From positions 282,689 through 346,688 of the forward strand of contig DOGZ01000014.1 of NCBI GenBank assembly GCA_003528115.1: a stretch of 64,000 nucleotides of DNA, written 5' to 3'. Of this stretch, positions 60,012 to 64,000 are shown one piece after another. Below the pieces are notes generated by a model. It did no database searches and was not told the origin of the DNA. It saw nothing but the letters and a program-made list of their open reading frames with translations. How positions within the stretch are numbered: position 1 is the stretch's first letter; the number at the start of each line of letters is the position of its first letter. A program made the translations under genes and the position numbers. The DNA is from Candidatus Omnitrophota bacterium. Lineage in GTDB: Bacteria > Omnitrophota > Gorgyraeia > Zapsychrales > Zapsychraceae.

Positions 60012-62072
60012 ATGGATCGATTTATTCTTAGAAGTAGTTTTAAACCCGTCACGGAACAAATGGATGCGGTGGATAAACTGGTTAGAGGTATCGATAAAGG
60101 GGAACCCGCCCAGACCTTGTTAGGTGTCACAGGAAGCGGAAAGACATTTACCCTTGCCAATGTTATAGAAAAAATTAACCGTCCGATCCTCGTCATTTCC
60201 CACAATAAAACTTTGGCGGCTCAATTATACGCTGAGTTCAAAGGTTTTTTCCCCTCAAATGCCGTTGAATATTTTGTCAGCTATTATGACTATTATCAGC
60301 CAGAGGCCTATATTCCCCAAACGGATGTCTATATTGAGAAAGACGCCTCCATCAATGACCGCTTGGATCGCCTAAGATTATCTTCCACCACTTCGTTGAT
60401 GACACGCCGTGACGTGATCATTGTCGCTAGTGTTTCGTGTATTTATAATTTGGGGTCGCCATCGGATTATAAGGAATTCTTATTGTGTTTGGAGAAAGCA
60501 CAGAAGATTGATCGTGATGATGTCCTGCAAAGGCTCATTGATATTCAATATGAGCGGGATGATTATGAATTCGTTCGTGGCAAGATACGCGTCCGCGGGG
60601 ACACTATTGAAATTTTCCCGGCATACCGACAGGATGCTTATCGCATTCGGTTCTTTGGTGATGAAATTGAAAAGATCATTCAGATTGACTCTGTGTCGGG
60701 TCATGAGAAATTAGAGCTTGATAAAGTGGCTATTTATCCAGCGAAGCATTTTATTATTTCTCAACCTCGAATCGAATCGGCCATGAAGATGATTGAAGAG
60801 GAGCTAGAACAAAGATTGGCTGAATTAAATAAACAAGGCAAACTGGCGGAGGCCTATCGGCTTAATTCGCGGACGCGGTATGATATGGAGATGTTAAAAG
60901 AAACAGGATATTGTCATGGCATAGAGAATTATTCCTGCGCGTTGTCCGGAAGACCTCCCGGGAGCCGGCCGTTTTGTCTGGTGGACTATTTCCCCGAAGA
61001 TTTTATTACTTTAATTGATGAATCGCATGTCACGATCCCTCAACTCCATGGGATGTATGAGGGAGACAGGTCTCGCAAAGAGACGCTTGTGGAATATGGA
61101 TTTCGTTTGCCGTCATGCCTGGATAACCGTCCTCTTCAATTTAAGGAATTTATGCGGATCGTTCATCAGCGGGTTTATGTTTCGGCAACACCGGGTCCTT
61201 TTGAAATGAAAGAAAGTCACGGCAATGTTGTCGAGCAGATTATAAGACCTACGGGAATTGTGGATCCTCCCATCGAGGTAAGACCAACCCAGGGACAGGT
61301 CGATGACCTTGTTCATGAAGTGAAGAGCCGGGCTGAGAAAGATGAGCGCGTTTTAGTCACGACGTTGACTAAGAGGATGTCAGAAGATCTTTGTGAGTAT
61401 TTAGACGAACAAGGGTTAAAAGTCAAATATTTACATTCCGATATTGAAACGATCGACCGATCCAAAATCCTTAAAGATCTGCGTTTAAAAAAATATGATT
61501 GTTTGGTGGGAGTCAATTTATTGAGGGAGGGGCTGGATCTCCCGGAGGTCTCGCTTGTAGCCATTTTTGATGCCGATAAACAGGGATTTTTGCGTTCTCA
61601 GACTTCGCTCATGCAAGTTTCGGGCCGCGCGGCACGGAATGTTAACGGAAAAGTTGTTATGTACGCGGATAGGATAAGTCCTGCCATGAAGGCGACCATA
61701 GCTGAATGCGATCGCCGACGAAAAACTCAATTGGCCTTTAATGAAGAGCACCATATTACCTCCCAGACGATCAAGAAGGCTATTAGTGCGGCCGGCATTG
61801 AGGAATTGGTTCAAGAGGAGGCTGAGGCTCTGGTTTTAAACGTTGCAGAGCAGAATGAAGAAGAGTACGCATTCTCAAGCATGATTGCTAACCTGGAGAG
61901 GGAAATGGAATTGGCGGCAAGAAATCTTCAGTTTGAAAAGGCAGCGATGTTCCGTGATAAGATTAAAGGGCTGAGAAATGATGCGGAATTTCTGAAGGGC
62001 GGCGGAAAAACAGGAATTGTCAAAAAGCATAATAAAAGACCGGTAAAGCATAAACTTTCGCGCAACGCATAG
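60012..62072 (+). CDS. uvrB: Excinuclease ABC subunit B
   Basis: 686 aa with Walker A GVTGSGKT, helicase motifs, and the C-terminal UvrB/UvrC interaction region. Confidence 0.95.
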   Translation: MDRFILRSSFKPVTEQMDAVDKLVRGIDKGEPAQTLLGVTGSGKTFTLANVIEKINRPILVISHNKTLAAQLYAEFKGFFPSNAVEYFVSYYDYYQPEAYIPQTDVYIEKDASINDRLDRLRLSSTTSLMTRRDVIIVASVSCIYNLGSPSDYKEFLLCLEKAQKIDRDDVLQRLIDIQYERDDYEFVRGKIRVRGDTIEIFPAYRQDAYRIRFFGDEIEKIIQIDSVSGHEKLELDKVAIYPAKHFIISQPRIESAMKMIEEELEQRLAELNKQGKLAEAYRLNSRTRYDMEMLKETGYCHGIENYSCALSGRPPGSRPFCLVDYFPEDFITLIDESHVTIPQLHGMYEGDRSRKETLVEYGFRLPSCLDNRPLQFKEFMRIVHQRVYVSATPGPFEMKESHGNVVEQIIRPTGIVDPPIEVRPTQGQVDDLVHEVKSRAEKDERVLVTTLTKRMSEDLCEYLDEQGLKVKYLHSDIETIDRSKILKDLRLKKYDCLVGVNLLREGLDLPEVSLVAIFDADKQGFLRSQTSLMQVSGRAARNVNGKVVMYADRISPAMKATIAECDRRRKTQLAFNEEHHITSQTIKKAISAAGIEELVQEEAEALVLNVAEQNEEEYAFSSMIANLEREMELAARNLQFEKAAMFRDKIKGLRNDAEFLKGGGKTGIVKKHNKRPVKHKLSRNA

Positions 62073-62081
62073 GAAAAATAT

Positions 62082-62891
62082 ATGTTATTAGCCATTGACA
62101 TAGGAAATACAACAATTTCTTTGGGTGTTTTAAAAAAGAATAAAATGATTGACGTTTATAATATTAAGACGGCTTCCCCCCGTCAAGAATTGGCGCGTGA
62201 TTTGAATGGTTTTCTTTTTAAGATAAAAAAAAATTATCCTGATTTGCGAAGCATTATTATCTGCAGTGTTGTTCCTAAAGTTACAAAAATAGTTCAGCCA
62301 TACCTGAAAAAGTGTCTTGATATTAACCCCGTCGTTGTAGGTCAGGATATTATTGTCCCCATCAAAAATAATTACCATGATCCGCGGCAGGTCGGCCAGG
62401 ATCGACTGGTTTGCGCCTTTGCCGTGAAATGTTTTTATGGGGTTCCGGCGATCGTTATTGATTTCGGGACGGCCACTACCCTTGACGTTGTTTCCGGTAA
62501 AGGAGAATATGAGGGAGGGATGATTGTTCCCGGAATTCAGTTATCGGTGGAATCGTTATTTCAAAAAACGGCTTTATTGCCAAGAATAGACATGATAAAA
62601 CCTCCGCGCGGCCTCATTGGGAAAAACACCCAGGAAAGTATATTAAGCGGGATATTTTACGGATACGGCATGATGTGTTCCGGGTTGATCGATTTATTGA
62701 GGAAGCAAACATATGGAAATCCGCGGGATAAGTCCTTGAGTGAGGCAAAAGTTTTTGTCACTGGCGGGTATGCGTCTCTCATGAAAAGATTTATCTTCCA
62801 TAAAGTCGATAAAGTTGATCCGCATCTTGTTTTTAAAGGATTGTATTTATTGCATAAGGAAATAGGTGACACCGCATTCCCTCAATTTTAA
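62082..62891 (+). CDS. coaX: Type III pantothenate kinase
   Basis: MLLAIDIGNTTISLGV... and DFGTATT are ASKHA-fold CoaX motifs. Confidence 0.85.
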   Translation: MLLAIDIGNTTISLGVLKKNKMIDVYNIKTASPRQELARDLNGFLFKIKKNYPDLRSIIICSVVPKVTKIVQPYLKKCLDINPVVVGQDIIVPIKNNYHDPRQVGQDRLVCAFAVKCFYGVPAIVIDFGTATTLDVVSGKGEYEGGMIVPGIQLSVESLFQKTALLPRIDMIKPPRGLIGKNTQESILSGIFYGYGMMCSGLIDLLRKQTYGNPRDKSLSEAKVFVTGGYASLMKRFIFHKVDKVDPHLVFKGLYLLHKEIGDTAFPQF

Positions 62892-62988
62892 GAATATTTA
62901 TCATTTTGAGTCTAAAGGCTTCTGGCTATCTGCATGTAATCGCCTGTCAAAGTGTCAACGAGAATAATGCTGGGTTTTAAAAAACCTC

Positions 62989-63016
62989 TTGACAAAAACA
63001 TTAATTTTGTTAGATT
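62989..63016 (+). promoter_or_regulatory. Sigma70-like promoter (TTGACA-N16-TAGATT) of groESL
   Basis: TTGACA at 62989-62994 and TAGATT at 63011-63016, immediately upstream of and overlapping the CIRCE element. Confidence 0.5.
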
Positions 63017-63041
63017 AGCACTCTATTTTGATAAGTGCTAA
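63015..63041. promoter_or_regulatory. CIRCE element (HrcA operator) TTAGCACTC-N9-AAGTGCTAA
   Basis: Seen directly. Matches the TTAGCACTC-N9-GAGTGCTAA consensus with one mismatch, ~50 nt upstream of groES. Confidence 0.85.
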
Positions 63042-63090
63042 TTTATTTCTTGAGAAAAACCATATTAAAATTTAAGAAGGAGGTGCTGAA

Positions 63091-63381
63091 GTGGGAATCA
63101 AACCGTTAGCAGACAGAATACTTGTTAGGCCGTTAGAGGCTGAAGAGAAAACAAAAGGCGGAATTTTACTGCCTGATACAGCTAAAGAAAAACCACAGGA
63201 AGGGAAAGTGGTAGCGGTAGGTAAGGGAAAAGTTTTGGAAAATGGAAATGTTCAAGCCATTGAGATCAAGGTGGGTGACCGCGTTCTTTATGGAAAGTAT
63301 AGCGGCACAGAGGTGACAACTAAGGACGGCGAGCAGCTTCTCATTATGCGCGAAGAAGACGTCTTTGCTGTTATAGAGTAG
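63091..63381 (+). CDS. groES: Co-chaperonin GroES
   Basis: 96 aa, GTG start with [36 protein letters not shown] is a canonical Cpn10. Confidence 0.93.
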   Translation: MGIKPLADRILVRPLEAEEKTKGGILLPDTAKEKPQEGKVVAVGKGKVLENGNVQAIEIKVGDRVLYGKYSGTEVTTKDGEQLLIMREEDVFAVIE

Positions 63382-63464
63382 TATGCGGTCTTTTCAATAA
63401 AGTCAGAAAGTTGGTTAATTTTAAAATGAGTTTCTGCATAAAGATTTCAATTTATCAAAAGTGA

Positions 63465-64000
<536 letters not shown>

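Overview
This low-GC window (~40% GC by eye) from a bacterial chromosome is almost entirely coding on the + strand. The first ~29.5 kb is one contiguous ribosomal and transcription gene array: rplK (5' partial), rplA, rplJ, rplL, rpoB, rpoC, rpsL, rpsG, fusA, tuf, then the S10, spc and alpha clusters (rpsJ through rplQ), which also contain secY, adk, map, infA and rpmJ. rpoC runs 59 nt into rpsL. L30 (rpmD) is absent, S14 is the short Zn-ribbon type, and S5, L3 and L17 carry terminal extensions. Downstream come an aspartate-type aminotransferase and pilT, then lipB with a translationally coupled stand-alone lipoyl-domain protein, a glycolipid and envelope module (GT28 MGDG-synthase-like glycosyltransferase, LpxL/HtrB-family acyltransferase, GT2 glycosyltransferase, TonB-like protein) and a CBS-pair protein. 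A tightly coupled housekeeping chain follows (DUF1844, Trm112-like, aroQ, pepP, efp, accB), then a 290-nt gap before accC. Next are an Asp23 and membrane-anchor pair, a 6-phosphofructokinase (possibly PPi-type), gmhA with an hldE domain-II-like gene, an unknown ORF coupled to thiE, and tRNA-Gly(CCC). Immediately after the tRNA sits an overlapping operon: LysM/M23 lipoprotein, COG1672-type ATPase (Arch_ATPase plus DUF234-like tail), YfcE-like phosphoesterase, HIT protein, dGTPase-like HD hydrolase, GAF-HD-GYP phosphodiesterase, SPOR protein, and a small histone-H1-like Ala/Lys-tailed protein. After it come an SH3b protein, an M50 protease and aroB. The only minus-strand genes are a GspA/ExeA-like ATPase and a GspB/ExeB-like partner. 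After them lie a PilZ, YHS/TRASH mini-protein, PilZ trio with a strong sigma70-like promoter and a perfect 18-bp palindrome, then a small membrane ORF coupled to an RluA-family pseudouridine synthase, a MazG-like NTP pyrophosphohydrolase, a lipoprotein, uvrB, coaX, and groES plus groEL (3' partial) preceded by a canonical CIRCE/HrcA operator. No CRISPR arrays, transposases or integrases were seen. The candidates I would look at first for uncharacterised biology are the COG1672 ATPase plus nucleotide-hydrolase operon next to the tRNA, the lipB plus lipoyl-carrier pair with the adjacent glycolipid module, and the PilZ, YHS, PilZ c-di-GMP cluster.
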